Shown here piece by piece: positions 1 to 15,072 of a stretch of 64,000 nt of DNA. Both the position numbers and the translations under genes were made by a program. Position 1 is the stretch's first letter. Each line of letters opens with the position of its first letter. This stretch comes from Octopus vulgaris (lineage: Eukaryota), in contig OX597820.1 in the NCBI GenBank assembly GCA_951406725.2, positions 9,796,001 to 9,860,000 on the forward strand. Reading direction: 5' to 3'. The notes under the pieces are model-generated. The model made no database searches, was not told where the DNA came from, and worked only from the letters and a program-made list of their open reading frames with translations.

Positions 1-13
1 GCTATTTACTTAC

Positions 14-256
14 CTACTGCTTTATCTTCTTCCAACAGGGCATCCTGCAGACGGATTCTGGGAAAGTTCAGCTCTATTACAAGAGAACTGTTTGGGGCGA
101 TTTCATAACTGGCATTAAGATATGAATTCATGTGGGAAGATGTGAGAGTGATGTTGGTGGTGTTGAGTAGCTGCGGTACCACTTCAATACTGACCTCGCA
201 TTTGATGGACTCGCTGAGGTACGGGATTATGAATCGAGTTCCGCAAGTGTCTGGTT
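14..256 (-). CDS. Internal coding exon (243 bp, phase 1-1) of a protein resembling the IgGFc-binding protein (FCGBP) N-terminal domain; the gene continues beyond the window start
   Basis: Minus strand has acceptor tcgtctttcAG (AG at 257-258) and donor G|GTAAGT (8-13). Open frame (E)PDTCGTRFIIPYLSES...SYEIAPNSSLVIELNFPRIRLQDALLEEDKAV, non-repetitive. The DxxGxxF start and 'xKA/GV' ending recall IgGFc_binding N-terminal domains; family call is by eye only. Confidence 0.7.
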
Positions 257-839
257 CTGAAAGACGATAGAAGTCGGCATTTAATAGCAGTTTTGGAGAT
301 TCAGAAATTGATGAAAACAATAAAATAATAGTATTAGATGTTTTATGATTTTGCTTAGGCACAGCAATTCGAATAACCAGTTGTTAGATCTAGGATATAT
401 GTGAAATTTCCTTCAATAAATATTGGGCCAATCATTCACAAAGCTTGAATGAACTTCATTCGCAAGGCTACGGTAAAAGACGCACAAAATTCCAACCAGA
501 GTCTCACGATAGTTAAACGTACTCCTTAACCACTGGTACACATACGACATGATCTAAATTTTGTTTAAAAGCTCAATCTTTTGGTGTCGACGCAGTTGAG
601 GAGATAAACAGGGATAGATATCTAGTTATCTGAGTAAATCTTTTAAAATGTTATATTACATTCCTCTGTGAATTCTGAACGAAATGATCTGAGTAACTAA
701 TAAATAAAATTTAAAAAAACATTTCCAACAAACCACGTCGTTTCCATATTGAGTTTTTAAATTACGGCTAATTGTTGGTAACTTTAAACATTTTTATACA
801 CATTACACTGAAATTTAATATATATATATTCTTTTTTTT

Positions 840-1322
<483 letters not shown>

Positions 1323-1467
1323 TCCATATACATCCCAGTCCATTGCAGACCAACTTATTTTTATACCTCAGTATAGTCCAGAAATCGAAATCACGACAGT
1401 AAGCTCATGAGGGCAACATCCTAACGGCTAGGCCACACTCCTTCGCATAGCAAGCACGAGTAAGTAT

Positions 1468-1782
1468 TGTTATTGTTGTTTGTTCCTTCTCGAAGGAACG
1501 CCTGGCTCATAGGGCCGGTTTTCCCGGTTTTCTTGGCGTATAGGTTCCCCATCTGGATGGGACGCCGGTCCGTCACAGGTGAACTGCAAGATGCAGGAGG
1601 AAAGAGTGAGAGAAAGTTGTGGCGAAAGAGTCAGCAGAAGTTCGCTATTACCTTCTGCCGGAGCCGCGTGGAGCTTAGGTGCTTTCGCTCATAAAAACAC
1701 ACATCGTCCGGTCTGAGATTCGAACCCACGATCCCTCGACCGCGGGTCCGCTGCTCTAACCACTAGGCCATGTGCCTCCACA
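1468..1782 (-). mobile_element. tRNA-derived SINE, B-type head with tail 2, 13-bp TSD
   Basis: A box (tggcctagtgg) and B box (gggttcgaatct) on the minus strand; TSD CACGAGTAAGTAT at 1455-1467 and 1783-1795. Confidence 0.85.
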
Positions 1783-1832
1783 CACGAGTAAGTATAAATA
1801 ACATGAAATTGCACGGAGTACACACACACACG

Positions 1833-1900
<68 letters not shown>

Positions 1901-2261
1901 CGCACACACACACACACAAACACGCACACACACGCACACACACACACACACACACAATCGGATATATATAGCAACAGAGATACAGTATTATTCCAAGTAG
2001 TGTTTATGTATTTTTGCTGATGGATTTATCTCCAATTTTCAGCAACACAATCTTGATTAAATGATATATCTATGCGCTACGCTGAATTTTCTCGGAAAGA
2101 GATAAGGCGAAATTGCAGGCTATGAGTGCAGGTTTAATGGGAGATAGGCATTTCTTCAAAGCATATCTAATTTAGCCATCAAAACTATTCTTAATGATTG
2201 CATAGGTATTGATTCGCTGGAAATAGCGAAACTGCAACATTTCTCGATTTGGGACAATGTA

Positions 2262-2432
2262 GGTGCAGGCGTGGCAATGCGGTGAGAAGTTTGCTTCCCA
2301 ACCGCATGGTTTCGGGTTCAGTCCCACTGTATAGCAACATGGGTATATGTCTTCTACTCTAGCTTCGAGCCGGGGGCCGACCAAAGCCTTGGGAGTGGAC
2401 TTGGGTAGATGGAAACTGAAAGAAGCCCATCT
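2262..2432 (+). mobile_element. SINE family A head fragment
   Basis: gggttcagtcccactg...ggccgaccaaagccttg...ggaaactgaaagaagccc, matching the other A copies. Confidence 0.75.
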
Positions 2433-2503
2433 TGTATATATACATATATACATATATATGTATATATATACATATATATATACATAAATATATATATATA
2501 TAC

Positions 2504-2562
<59 letters not shown>

Positions 2563-2661
2563 TATATACATATGTATATGTACATATGTATATTTATATA
2601 TGTATATATATACATATATATATACATCTATATATGTTATGTATGTATATATGTATGTATA

Positions 2662-2708
<47 letters not shown>

Positions 2709-2724
2709 AATGTATATATAAATA

Positions 2725-3088
2725 TGGTTAGGGCAGCAAACACGTGGTCGTAGGATCCCGGTTTCGATTCCCAGACCGTGCGTTGTGAGTGTTTATTGAG
2801 CGAAAACATCTAAAGCTTCACGAGGCTGCAGCAGGGGCAGGTGGTGAACCCTGCTCTACACTTTCACTACAATTTTCTCTCACTCTTTCTTCCAGTTTCT
2901 GTTGTACCTGTATTTCAAAGGGCCAGCCTTGTCACACTCTGTGCCACACTGAGTCTCCCTGAGAATAACATTAAGGGCACACGTGTCTGTGGAGTGCTTC
3001 GCCATTTGCACGTTAATTTCACGAGCAGGCTGTTCTGTTGATCGGATCAACTGGAACCCTCGTCGTCGCAACCGACGGAGTGCCACAA
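2725..3088 (+). mobile_element. SINE B head + tail 1
   Basis: Colinear with 12380-12760. Confidence 0.85.
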
Positions 3089-3269
3089 TATACATAGACC
3101 CTTCTGGGGGGAGGGGGTCTATGTATACAATATTTTTGCTATATTTTTGGCTATATTTTCCACACTCTTTATTATCATCAATATGAGTTTATACTAAATA
3201 CCATCGTAGCCGACTTCAATGCTAACAATATTAGCAACAGTAACAATAACAACAACAGCAATAACAACA

Positions 3270-3680
3270 AGAATAACAACAACAACAACAACATTGGAAG
3301 CACTCCGTCGGTTATGACGACGAGGGTTCCAGTTGATCTGATCAACGGAACAGCCTGCTCGTGAAATTAACGTGTAAGTGGCTGAGCACTCCACAGACAC
3401 GTGCACCCTTAACGTAGTTCTCGGGGATATTCAGCGTGACACAGAGAGTGACAAGGCCGGCCCTTTGAAATACAGGTACAACAGAAACAGGAAAGAAAGA
3501 GTGAGAGAAAGTTGTGGTGAAAGAGTACAGCAGGGATCACCACCATCCCCTGCCGGAGCCTCGTGGAGCTTTTAGGTGTTTTCGCTCAATAAACACTCAC
3601 AACGCCCGGTCTGGGAATCGAAACCGCGATCCTATGACCGCGAGTCCGCTGCCCTAACCACTGGGCCATTGCGACTCCAC
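3270..3680 (-). mobile_element. SINE B head + tail 1, ending in an (AAC/TTG)n tract
   Basis: Reverse complement of 12380-12760; inverted relative to the adjacent 2725-3088 copy. Confidence 0.85.
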
Positions 3681-4174
3681 ATAACCCCTTTCTCTAGAAA
3701 TTCTGAATCTTCATACTTGTGTTCAAGAACAAACAGAAGTTTCATTATTGCCATTTTCGAACCGACTGTTTAACATTAAAAAATTGTCACTCTTTCGTAA
3801 AAGAAATAAAGAAAATAACGTTACAATCAACAATTTTGTGTGTAAATTTATTTTAAGTTTTAAATGCATTTTTTTCTCATATCATTGAAAACCACTAAGT
3901 TGAAGCACTACAAATTTCTTTCTATTCATATTAAATTTGAAGCTTAGTTTTCGTTAATGAAATATTGTTTTGTTTCTTTCTCATATTTCGTAAAATGTTT
4001 AATTCGAAATTGTCGAAATTGATATTGTTCCATCTTCTAAGGCTTTACAGCGTGTATCTTACGTGATCTCTTGCTGACGTTTTTGTTTACCGTCTTTCAA
4101 AGAATGAAATCCTTCCTTTCCACAAAAAATACAGTAACCAAAATATTTTACTACAACAAAATATATATCAATAT

Positions 4175-4235
<61 letters not shown>

Positions 4236-4651
4236 GAGATAGGGGTTGAAAATTCAACCCACCATGGGATAATATATATCCAATATACTGCTAGATAGGT
4301 ACCCAACAAAATTAATACATAGATGTTAAAAATTGTCAAACAATCAGTTCATCTATTGTATTATATGGGTAAAGGTAATAATATTACCGTAATGTATATA
4401 TATGTAAAAATAAGAGATTGGGTTGTCAGATAAATTCGTTGTCTTTTTTTCTTTTACTTGGAATGCTCCTTCATAATATGTCTGAAAATTGGGAAAATTT
4501 ATTCAAATTCTAAAAACGATCAACAAAAGTTATAGACCAAGAATAGCGGTAAAAATCCATTAAATGTTGCGATAAAACAATTTTTTGTGTTAATTCAAAA
4601 TACATTGGAAAGGATTACAATAAAAAAGGGGAAAACAAAGGAATTACTCAA

Positions 4652-4913
<262 letters not shown>

Positions 4914-5039
4914 GCCTGCTTGTCTGTCTCTCTCTCTCTATATATATATGTGTGTGTGTATGCGTGTGTGTGTGTGTGTGTATATGTATGTATGTGTGTA
5001 TGTATGCATGTATATATATATATATATATATATGCATAG

Positions 5040-5174
5040 TTGCAGGTGTGGCTGTATGGTAAGTAGCTTGCTTACCAACCACATGGTTCCGGGTTCAGTC
5101 CCACTGTGTGACACCTTGGACAAGTGTCTTCTTTGTGAGTGGATTTGTTAGACGGAAAATGAAAGAAGCCCGTC

Positions 5175-5219
<45 letters not shown>

Positions 5220-5450
5220 TATATAGATATATATGTATGTATGTATTTGTGTGTCTGTGTTTCCCCACCATCGCGTGACAACCGAATGTTGGTGAGTTTG
5301 CATCCGCGTAACTTAGCGGTTCGGCATAAGATACCGATAGAATAAGTACTGGGCTTACAAAGAATAAGTCCTGGGGCCGATTTGTTCGACTACAGGCGAT
5401 GCTCCAGCATGGTCGCAATCAAATGACTGAAACAAGTATAAGAATATAGA
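5040..5450 (+). mobile_element. SINE family A
   Basis: Head, internal TA/TG tract and tail match the other A copies. Confidence 0.85.
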
Positions 5451-6454
5451 AAAAGAACAAAAGAATACACACGCATACATACACATATATAAAGAAATAT
5501 ATATATATCTATGTACATATATATATATGTATATATATGTATACATATGTGCATGTATATACATGTGTAATGTGTGTGTATATATGTAAGTATATATATA
5601 TATGTATATATGTATGTTTGTGTATATCTATATCTATCTATATATATATACATGCACACACAAATTCGTTTGTATTTTTCTACTTGGTCCTCCATTATCA
5701 TATGGTCTGAAAAGTGGTAAAATTTATTCAAATATCAGAAACGATAAGCAAAACTTGCAGAGGAAGAACAGAAATTAAAGTCCCCAACAAAAACAACTGT
5801 GGTAAAAAATATCTTTCATATTAATTGAAGTAACATTGGTAAAGACGAAGCTAAATGAGAAAAACGAACTAATTTATATGGCAAAAAAAAAAAATGAGTT
5901 ACTTAATCATGGCTAAAGCAAACATTGTAGAAACGCTTTTTTTCCTGTCCCCATTTTTCAGTAAAAAAAATGAAAACAAAAAAAAAAAAAAAAAAGAAAA
6001 AAGAAAAAAAAAGAAAACAAAAACAAGTTTCTAAATTAGACATTATATACTTTTTGTCAGTTACAGAAACTATTTATTAAAAACACTCTAATGATTTTTT
6101 TCTATCATTTTATATATATATATTTTACAGATAAAAAAACATCGAGTCTAATTTTATCAGTAAATAAATGAATTCGGCAATGTGTGTGTGTGTGTGTGTG
6201 TGTATGCTTGTATATGTGTTTGCGTATGTATGTGTGTGATTTTATTAATTGTCAAATATTACTCCGTCAATATGCTATCGTAATTAATTTTTTGATTCTC
6301 TTAGAATTAAAATAAAGGAGAAAATTAATATACACATTCTAAGTGATGGTTTCAGTTATCATTTGCTTTTCAGTAACATTTGTTTTTGTTCCCATTTTCT
6401 GTTTCTTTTTTACGCATTTTGTGCAGTAATTTTGGTAACTGTAATGGAGTTTTA

Positions 6455-6705
6455 GTGGAGGCGCGTGGCTTAGTTGTTAGGGTGTTAAACTCATGATCGC
6501 AAGGTTGTGGTTTCGATTCCTGGACCTGGCGTTGCGTTGTGTTCTTGAGCAAAACACTTCATTTTCACGTTGCTCCAGTCCACTCAGCTGGAAAAAATGA
6601 GTAATCCTGCGACGGACCGGCGTTCCGTCCATGTGGGGAATTTCTACTCCACTAAAACCGGGAAACAGGCCATTATGAGCCTGGCATGGCTCGAGAAGGA
6701 ACATT
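6455..6705 (+). mobile_element. SINE D-type head (CORE-like central domain) + tail 2
   Basis: gtggaggcgcgtggcttag...ggtttcgattcc head; ttgagcaaaacacttcat...tgctccagtccactcagctg central block; tail shared with 45465-45765. Confidence 0.8.
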
Positions 6706-6954
6706 TATTTAATGGAGATTTTAGTACTCTCAAGAAGTCAAATTGAAGCAAGAATGACAATGGCCGTGCAATTAAGAGAGTCACTTTGCAATCATATGTT
6801 CCTGGGTTCAACTAGCATTGAGTTGAACAATACTGTGTAAAGGAATTTTGGAAAACGAATACTAAATGGAACTCCGTCTTATATGTATATCTTAGATTAA
6901 TTAAAACAATTTAGTTTCTGTTTGGATTTCTTTCCGACTTCAGTGTTCAACTGC

Positions 6955-7880
6955 TACTCGTTTTATCGACCTCGAAAGGATTAAAGGCAAAGTCGACCTT
7001 GGAGGAGTTTTGAACATAGAACTTAAAAACGGACGAAATGCCGCTAAGCATTTTGCCCAGCGTGCGAACGATTCTGCCAGCCCACCGCCTTCATCGATTT
7101 AAAATTGTGACACAACGATTTCGGGGAAGAGGTAGGTCGATTAGATTGATCCCAGAATTCAACTGGTACTTATTTTATTGGTCCCGAAAGAGTAAAAGTT
7201 AAAGTAGACTTCAGCGAAATTTGAACGTAAATACTGACGAAATGCGGCCAAGCATTTTGCTCGGCGTGCTAACGATTCTTTTCTACTCTAGGCACAAGGC
7301 CAGAAATTTTGGGGAAAGGGGCCAGTCTATTAGTACACAATTGGTACCTAATTTATCGACCCCGAAACGATGAAAGGCAAAGTCGACCTCGGCGGAATTT
7401 GAACTCAGAACGTAAAGATAGACGAAATACCTATTTCTTTACTACCCTCAAGGGGCTAAACTCAGAGGGGACAAACAAGGACAGACAAACGGATTAAGTC
7501 GATTACATCGACCCCAGTGCGTAACTGGTACTTAATTTATCGACCCCAAAAGGATGAAAGGCAAAGTCGACCTCGGCGGAATTTGAACTCAGAACGTACC
7601 GGCAGACGAAATACGGCTACGCATTTCGCACGGCATGCTAACGTTTCCTATTTCTTTACTGCCCATAAGGGGCTACGCACAGAGGGGACAAACAAGGACA
7701 GAGAAACGAATTAAGTCTATTATATCGACCCCAGTGCGTAACTGGTACTTATTTAATCGACCCCGAAAGGATGAAAGATAAAGTCAACCTCGGCGGAATT
7801 TGAACTATGAACTTAGCGGCAGACGAAATACCGCTAAGCATTTCGCCCGGCGTGCTAACGGTTCTGCCAGCTCGCCACCT
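6955..7880 (-). mobile_element. Nested/tandem array of SINE family C (about 5 partial units)
   Basis: Repeated blocks gaccccgaaaggatgaaaggcaaagtcgacctcggcggaatttgaactcagaac. The central block (rc gcctttcatcctttcggggtcgataaa..agtaccag) resembles the Meta/MESC SINE domain, from recall. Confidence 0.85.
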
Positions 7881-8680
7881 GACTAAAACAATTACAAGGT
7901 TAACACGGGTCATGTGTCCAATAAAATATGTTAACGAAGGAAATCAGCTGCTTGAAAGTGACAGGAAACGAATAACCAGGAAGACAAGCTGAGGCAATAA
8001 AGGATACATCAATAATTAAGAACATCAATAATTAAGATTCGAAATAAACTACATGATATAATAACCAAATGAAGCAAAATTACGATGCAAGGTTGTAAAT
8101 GTGTTGAATTACAGAAAAAAAAAGACCTCGACACATTTCAAGGCTGTTACGATTCCTTCTCAATGTATTTCGCTTGTCATTTATCTTTTACTTCTTTCTG
8201 TCATTTGACTGCGGCCACGCTGGGGCACCACTTTGAAGCACTCTTAGTCGAATGAATCGACACCTGTACCTACTTTTTTCTTTGAAAACTAGGTACTTAT
8301 TCTATCGGTCTGTTTTGCCGAACCGCTAAGGTACGTAAGCACACCAACAGCGGTTGACAAACGGTGATGGGTGACAAACACAGAGACAAGGACAACCATC
8401 CCAACACGCGCGGGCACGCACACACAAACACACACACATATACGGCTGGCTTCTTTCATAATCTGGGCAGAATATCTAAATACACTGGAAGAATATTTAG
8501 AGACGCTTAAACCAAACACCAATCAACTTAAGTAATTTAGTGAAGCCACAAACTGGTTGGTCAGAATACAATTTGCAAAACTTAACATTCTGGAGCTTAT
8601 ACAAATGTATTTAAGGCACACATTTTAGCCACCTCACTACAGTTGTAAATTGTAAAACATAACTGTCACCACTATTACAT

Positions 8681-8724
8681 GGACCTGAAGAGTGCATAGT
8701 TTAATGCATGAAAGTACTAGCTCA
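8681..8724 (+). ncRNA. Minimal type I hammerhead ribozyme-like motif
   Basis: CTGAAGA core, stem II GTGCAT/ATGCAT, GAAA, palindromic stem III AGTACT + A; stem I degenerate. Confidence 0.65.
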
Positions 8725-8880
8725 GTCAGAACAGAAATTTAATATTCTATCATTTCATTATATTATATTAACTTATATTATTAAAAGATTGTAAATTAAA
8801 CGTGAAAATAAGACAAAGTTGGAATTCCTTTGATTAATACTATATATATATTGCTAACCTCGCTAAGATAAATATTTCAA

Positions 8881-8950
8881 TTACCTGAAGATTGACTGTA
8901 ACCATATCTCGAATTATTACGAATTGGACAGCCATGAACCGATCGTAGTG
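8881..8950 (+). ncRNA. Degenerate hammerhead ribozyme-like motif
   Basis: ttac CTGAAGA, long imperfect stem II (TGACTGT...ACAGCCA), GAAC in place of GAAA, palindrome CGATCG, TA, gtg. Confidence 0.5.
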
Positions 8951-9085
8951 TTTTACTCATTATCTTTTATTAAACTTTTAATACTTTTGATATATATTTA
9001 AAATAATATTAATTAATTAATTTTATGTATTGGCTTAAGTTTTTCATTGTTTGATTTGCCTAATAGTGGTTTTATCTCTAATTTA

Positions 9086-9116
<31 letters not shown>

Positions 9117-9662
9117 GTATAGATATATGTATGTACGTATATATATATATGTATATATATGTATATATATGTATATATATATGTATATATGTATATATAT
9201 GTATATATATGTATATATGTATATATATGTATATATATATGTATATATATGTATATATATGTATATATGTATATATATGTATATATATATATGTATATAT
9301 ATATATGTATATATATACATACACACATATACAAACGCACACTCACACACATATATAGACATACATATATACATATATACATAAGATGGAGACGAGTACT
9401 GACGTTCCCATATGGCAGGTGTGATAATTGTTAAGAGATCCCTCTTTCTACATGAAACCATTGGTAGCCATGGTAACCTATAAATGAACATTTATGCATC
9501 AATGCAGTGCTGATCACTTAATCTCGCTGTTCGATATTAGCGTATACATACATACGCACATACACACATACATATATACACTTATAAAATACATACACAT
9601 GCATCACACACACACACATATATATATATGTATAGATATACGCACACATATATATGTATATA

Positions 9663-10085
9663 TAGGCGCAGGAGTGGCTGTGTAGTAAGTAGCTTGCTAA
9701 CCAACCACATGGTTCCGGGTTCAGTCCCACTGCGTGGCATCTTGAGCAAGTGTCTTCTGCTATAGCCCCGGGCCGACCAATGCCTTGTGAGTGGATTTGG
9801 TAGACGGAAACTGAAAGAAGCCTGTCGTATATATGTATATATATATAAGTGTGTGTGAATATGTTTGTGTGTCTGTGTGTGTCCCCCTAGCATTGCTTGA
9901 CAACCGATGCTGGTGTGTTTACGTCCCTGTCACTTAGCGGTTCGGCAAAAGAGACCGATAGAATAAGTACTGGGCTTACAAAAGAATAAGTCCCGGGGTC
10001 GATTTGCTCGACTAAAGGCGGTGCTCCAGCATGGCCGCAGTCAAATGACTGAAACAAGTAAAACAGTAAAACAGTAGAACAGTAA
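9663..10085 (+). mobile_element. SINE family A, full-length young copy
   Basis: Near-identical to 16820-17240 and to the reverse complement of 29232-29640; ends in a short (AACAGTA)n-type tail. Confidence 0.9.
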
Positions 10086-10367
10086 ACAGTAGATATACAT
10101 ATATATGTGTGCGTGTTTGAGTGAAATTGTACTTCGTGCAAACGGACAGTAATGGCTGAAAGGAATCGTTACTAAAAGTAGATTAACTGCAAAATAGACA
10201 AAAGATAAGCACTAAATAAATTCCGGACTTCCACTTAGCCATTGTTTCAATTTTTTTCCTATCCTCGGAAACAATAAAATAACTTCCAAGGATTCCAAAG
10301 AGGAAATTCTAGCTAAATGGTATTCTTGAATTTGTTCAGCGTTATCTCTTATTTAATCTTTGTATAT

Positions 10368-10982
10368 TTGTATGTATGTATGTTTGTATGTATGTATGTA
10401 TGTATGTATGTATGTATGTATGTATGTGTATGTATGTATGTATGTATGAATGTATGTATGTATGTATGTATGTATGTATGAATGTATGTATGTATGTATG
10501 TATGTATGTATGTATGTATGTATGTATGTATGTATGTATGAATGTATGTATGTATGTATGTATGTATGTATGAATCTATGTATGTATGTATGTTTGTATG
10601 TATGTATGAATGTATGTATGTATGTATGAATGTATGTGTGTATGTTTGTATGTATGTATGTATGCATGTCTGTATGTATGTATGAATGTATGTATGTTTG
10701 AATGTATGTATGTATGTATATATGTTTGTATGTATGTATGTATGTATGTCTGTATGCATGTTTGTATGTATGTATGTCTGTATGTCTGTATGCATGTTTG
10801 TATGTATGTATGTATGTATGTATGTATGTATGCATGCATGTATGAAAGTATGTATATATGCATGCATGTATGTAAGTATGTATGTATGTATGTATGTATG
10901 TATCTATCTGTCTGTCTGTCTGTCGGTCCGTCGGTCGGTCCGTCCGTCCGCCTGTCTGTCTGTCTGTCTTTCCGTCCGCCTG

Positions 10983-11065
<83 letters not shown>

Positions 11066-11078
11066 GTCTATCTATCTA
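10368..11078. repeat. Compound microsatellite (TATG)n-(TGTC/CGTC)n-(TATC)n
   Basis: Directly visible. Confidence 0.95.
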
Positions 11079-11475
11079 ACACAAACACCCCTCTGGCCAA
11101 TCGCTCATCAACTTTGTCAAGTACCACTTGAAAAGAATGGTGAGAATAGAGAGGTAAGTTTTGTCTCGTGAAAGTTTGAGCATGATCTTGTAAGTCGAAA
11201 AGAGAGAGAGACCACTTTGCTTTCATGTGTCTATTCCCTCCCTGCCCGATGTTACCGTAATCCTTTCCGTGGGCCTTTCTTCCCACGGATAAACCTACTC
11301 TTTCTTCTTGCATTTTTAATATTTTCTGTGATACACGATCCCTTTTGATCGTTTTCTTCACGATTCCTTTTAATAGGAATTTTATTTTTCTCCTTTTTTT
11401 CTATTTTCAAAATGAAAAGCTCTACATATTATTTTGTTCCCTCTGTGTCCGGCCCTGTGTAGCTAATAAAGAAAC
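11079..11475 (+). mobile_element. 5'-truncated L1/Tx1-like LINE 3' end embedded in (TATC)n (copy 1)
   Basis: Homologous to 48915-49567 (SGQSLINFVKYHLKRMVRIER); ends GCTAATAAAGAAAC|(CTAT)n; (TATC)n on both sides. Confidence 0.7.
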
Positions 11476-11637
<162 letters not shown>

Positions 11638-11650
11638 GCCTGCCTGTCTA

Positions 11651-11731
<81 letters not shown>

Positions 11732-11814
11732 AGAACAATCTTACTTAGAAATGGATGCGTGCGTTCCGTCATATAATATATTAATAAATAAAACATATGC
11801 ATATATATATATAT

Positions 11815-12002
11815 ATACATATATGTACGTACCTACCTCTACATGTATATATACATGCATATAAGTGTATAGAACACCAAAAAAAAAAAAAAACGCCGAA
11901 CACAATGAGGAACGAAAACATAAACACAAAAACAAGGAACTGGACATTTTTCTTAAACAACAAAAAAATAGAGTACAGGACAAATAACACAAGGAAATTT
12001 CC
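11815..12002 (-). mobile_element. Repeat fragment homologous to the fold-back element at 29879-30230 (probably Penelope-type tail)
   Basis: gaacacaatgag.aacgaaaacataaa shared with 29927-29960. Confidence 0.55.
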
Positions 12003-12379
12003 GATCCGGATTCAGTAGCTATTTCACAGACTTTGTCCTCCTCTCTGTTATTTTATTCTACAGAAGCTAGATTAATTATGATTTCTACAAGAAGATCTTG
12101 GTTTTCGTATTTTCATTCTCTTTACTCACGTTCCACTTATTACACGATAACATAATTTGATATCCATTGAAGTAATGAAATATTGAGACCACAGAAAATT
12201 TTCTCTACACCTATATGCAGTACACTAAACAACAATATCATGCTACATTCTACTGCACTCAATTACACTGGATGTGCTCTAACATGGCCTTAGCTGTCAT
12301 GGCAGTCACAGAGAATACATATGGATCAAACAGTTTCCTTTTATGGTTTATCTTTTACTTAAGTTATTAAATTGCAGTC

Positions 12380-12760
12380 GTGGAGGCGCAATGGCCCAGT
12401 GGTTAGGGAAGCGGACTCGCGGTCATAGGATCGCGGTTTCGATTCCCAGACCGGGCGTTGTGAGTGTTTATTGAGCGAAAACACCTAAAAGCTCCACGCA
12501 GGGGATGATGGTGATCCCTGCTGTACTCTTTCACCACAACTTTCTCTCACTCTTACTTCCTGTTTCTGTTGTACCTGTATTTCAAGGGGCCGGCCTTGTC
12601 ACTCTCTGTGTCACGCTGAATATCCCCGAGAACTACGTTAAGGGTACACGTGTCTGTGGAGTGCTCAGCCACTTACACGTTAATTTCACGAGCAGGCTGT
12701 TCCGTTGATTCGGATCAACCGGAACCCTCATCGTCGTAACCGACGGAGTGCTTCCATCCC
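12380..12760 (+). mobile_element. SINE B head + tail 1 with 11-bp TSD, nested in an older minus-strand SINE A (about 12345-13145)
   Basis: TSD AAATTGCAGTC at 12369-12379 and 12761-12771; A box tggcccagtgg, B box ggtttcgattcc. Confidence 0.9.
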
Positions 12761-13394
12761 AAATTGCAGTCATGCTGGAGCACCACATTGAAGAATCGAT
12801 CCCAGTACTTATTTTTTTCATATGCCTCATATTTATTCTAGTTTCACTTTTACCGAACCGCTAAGTTGCGGCACGTAAACACACCAACACTTGCTAACAG
12901 GCAGTGGTGAGGTACTAGCACAGACACAAATACTCACATACACATACACACACTCATATACACACACATACACACGCACACATGACTGTATATATATACG
13001 ACGAGCTTCTTTCAGTTTTCGTCTACCAAATCCGCTAATAAGACGGCTATAGTAGAAGAAATTTGCACAGGGTTCCATGTAGTGGGACTGAACCCAGAAC
13101 CATGTAATTGTGAAGGAAGCTTCTTACCACACAGCCACGCAGTAGTTGAATGCCTTATATTGCAATATTGCTTATTTCTTATTGCAACTCCACTAGTTTT
13201 GATATTTAGAAAGAACAAGAAAAATATGACGACGTTAACAAGCCAGAATAAATGAAATACAGGAAAAAATCTCCAGCAAATAAAAAACCAAAAAGGAACA
13301 ATAAACATTAAGTATTATTGCAAGAATGCACACAAACAACAACCACAACACAAATATAACTATCTAAAACAAAGATAAAATAGCTACAGCACGC

Positions 13395-13402
13395 AATAAT
13401 AA

Positions 13403-13443
<41 letters not shown>

Positions 13444-13550
13444 TTAATAATGATAATAATAATAATATTAATAATGATGATGATGATGATGATGATGATG
13501 ATAATAATAATAATAATAATAATAATAATGGTGATGATGTGGTTCATAAT

Positions 13551-13628
<78 letters not shown>

Positions 13629-13644
13629 AATGATGATGATGAAG

Positions 13645-13675
<31 letters not shown>

Positions 13676-13775
13676 TGATGATGATGTGGTTCATAATAAT
13701 AATAATAATAACAATAATAATAATAATGATAATAATAATAATATTATCAACAACAACAACAACGATGATAACAAC
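13395..13775. repeat. (AAT)n/(GAT)n compound microsatellite with an internal higher-order duplication
   Basis: The interruption gatgatgtggttcataat occurs twice (about 13533 and 13680). Confidence 0.9.
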
Positions 13776-14678
13776 AAAGTGTAACATCATATAGATTCAC
13801 TTCAAAAAGGAGAAAACAAATTAACGAAAACAAAATGAAGAAAACTTCTTAAATTAAAATGGCGACGGTTCAAAAGAAAAGATTTTGATTTTGTTCGCCA
13901 TTGGAAGGAAAACTGTGATATTAATTAAAGTGGACATATTTCCGCCCTCTCCACCTTCACGAAACAATGAGGCTTTTTTTGTGTGCTTGTCTTTCAATAA
14001 TACTTCTTATTCAGAAGTTTAATTGTATTATGAACCACATTATTTTAAATAAATGGGGTTGTATATGTATGCATGGGTAGGTGCGGGGAAAAGCCCATAA
14101 GACAAACTGAAAAAAGAAAAAATGAAAAAAATATACAAAACGATGATTCGCCATCTTGTGAATTGCCTTTTTATATTTCTATCAAATTAGTGAATTTAAC
14201 TCTTTTTAGAAAACTTATGAATTTAGAATTAGGCATTTTAATATTTTTGTTGTTCTTGTAAATGTTTTGGTTTTTTAAAAGCTATTTTTGATTGTTGCAG
14301 TCGTAGCAATTGTTGATAATTTTAATTTGGTATAATTGGTTTTGCTGGTGATGTCATTACTTTTGCTATTTCTAGAACCGCTTTTCCTTTCTTTTCTTTT
14401 ACTTTTGTTCTTCTCTTCTTTCTGCCATAATTGGTTTTAGTAAATTATTTCTACAGATGCAGAAGAAATAAGCGAATTATATTATTTAAAATATTTAATT
14501 TTGTTTTAACTCCGCCCAAGGCGATTTTTCTCAAGATAGAAATATTGCCGATTAAATTGGAGCCAGCATATTACGCGAATTTACTCATTTGATCTTGGAA
14601 GAAGGAAAAGCTAAGTCGAGTTCACCCGGAAACTTTACGGATCCTTTAAGGTCTGTCTTCCACCCGACACCCTTTTAA

Positions 14679-15072
14679 TCTCTCTCTATATAAAGCTCAA
14701 GCTGTCTGTGTATGGCAGGTTTGGTAGCCTTCAACTGACACAATCTCCTCCGAGACCCTGCGGCGCAAGTTGACCAAAATTGAGAGTATGATAGAAGAAG
14801 GCTTGCTCTTCCTTCCGCGGAAAAAAAGATTCAAATCGGACAATGTTAATACCAAAAATTATTTACATCAAAAAGGTGCTTTTTTTTCTATGAAAATCCC
14901 TATTTTTTACGATTTTTTGACCTGCTGTGTCGCCATTTTTCGGTGTATTTCAACCAGAAAAATGTTCACTTAAAGAGAATAACAAGCTACATATTGCAAC
15001 ATTTTTACTTTTCAAAAATTTCAATTCTAAAGAGGCGAAACAAACCCGAGCAACGCCGGGCGATACTGCTAG
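14679..15072 (+). mobile_element. Non-autonomous Helitron (394 bp)
   Basis: A|TC 5' end followed by tatataaag; subterminal GC hairpin CCCGAG-CAACG-CCGGG (15045-15060); CTAG|T 3' end; no TSD. Confidence 0.85.

Larger units (their letters stand above)
8460..8960 (+). mobile_element. Penelope-like element 3' remnant(s) carrying two hammerhead-like motifs
   Basis: ORF end ...LNTLEEYLETLKPNTNQLK* weakly resembles PLE GIY-YIG C-termini; followed by HHR-like motifs at 8681-8724 and 8881-8950. Confidence 0.5.

Noticed and set aside
257-362. N-terminal part of ORF 6-362 as a real protein start
   Set aside because: It lies upstream of a clear acceptor at 257-258 and begins at GTG; most likely intronic read-through
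6955-7880. CRISPR-like repeat-spacer array
   Set aside because: The intervening sequences are themselves SINE modules, units are long and irregular, and the context is eukaryotic
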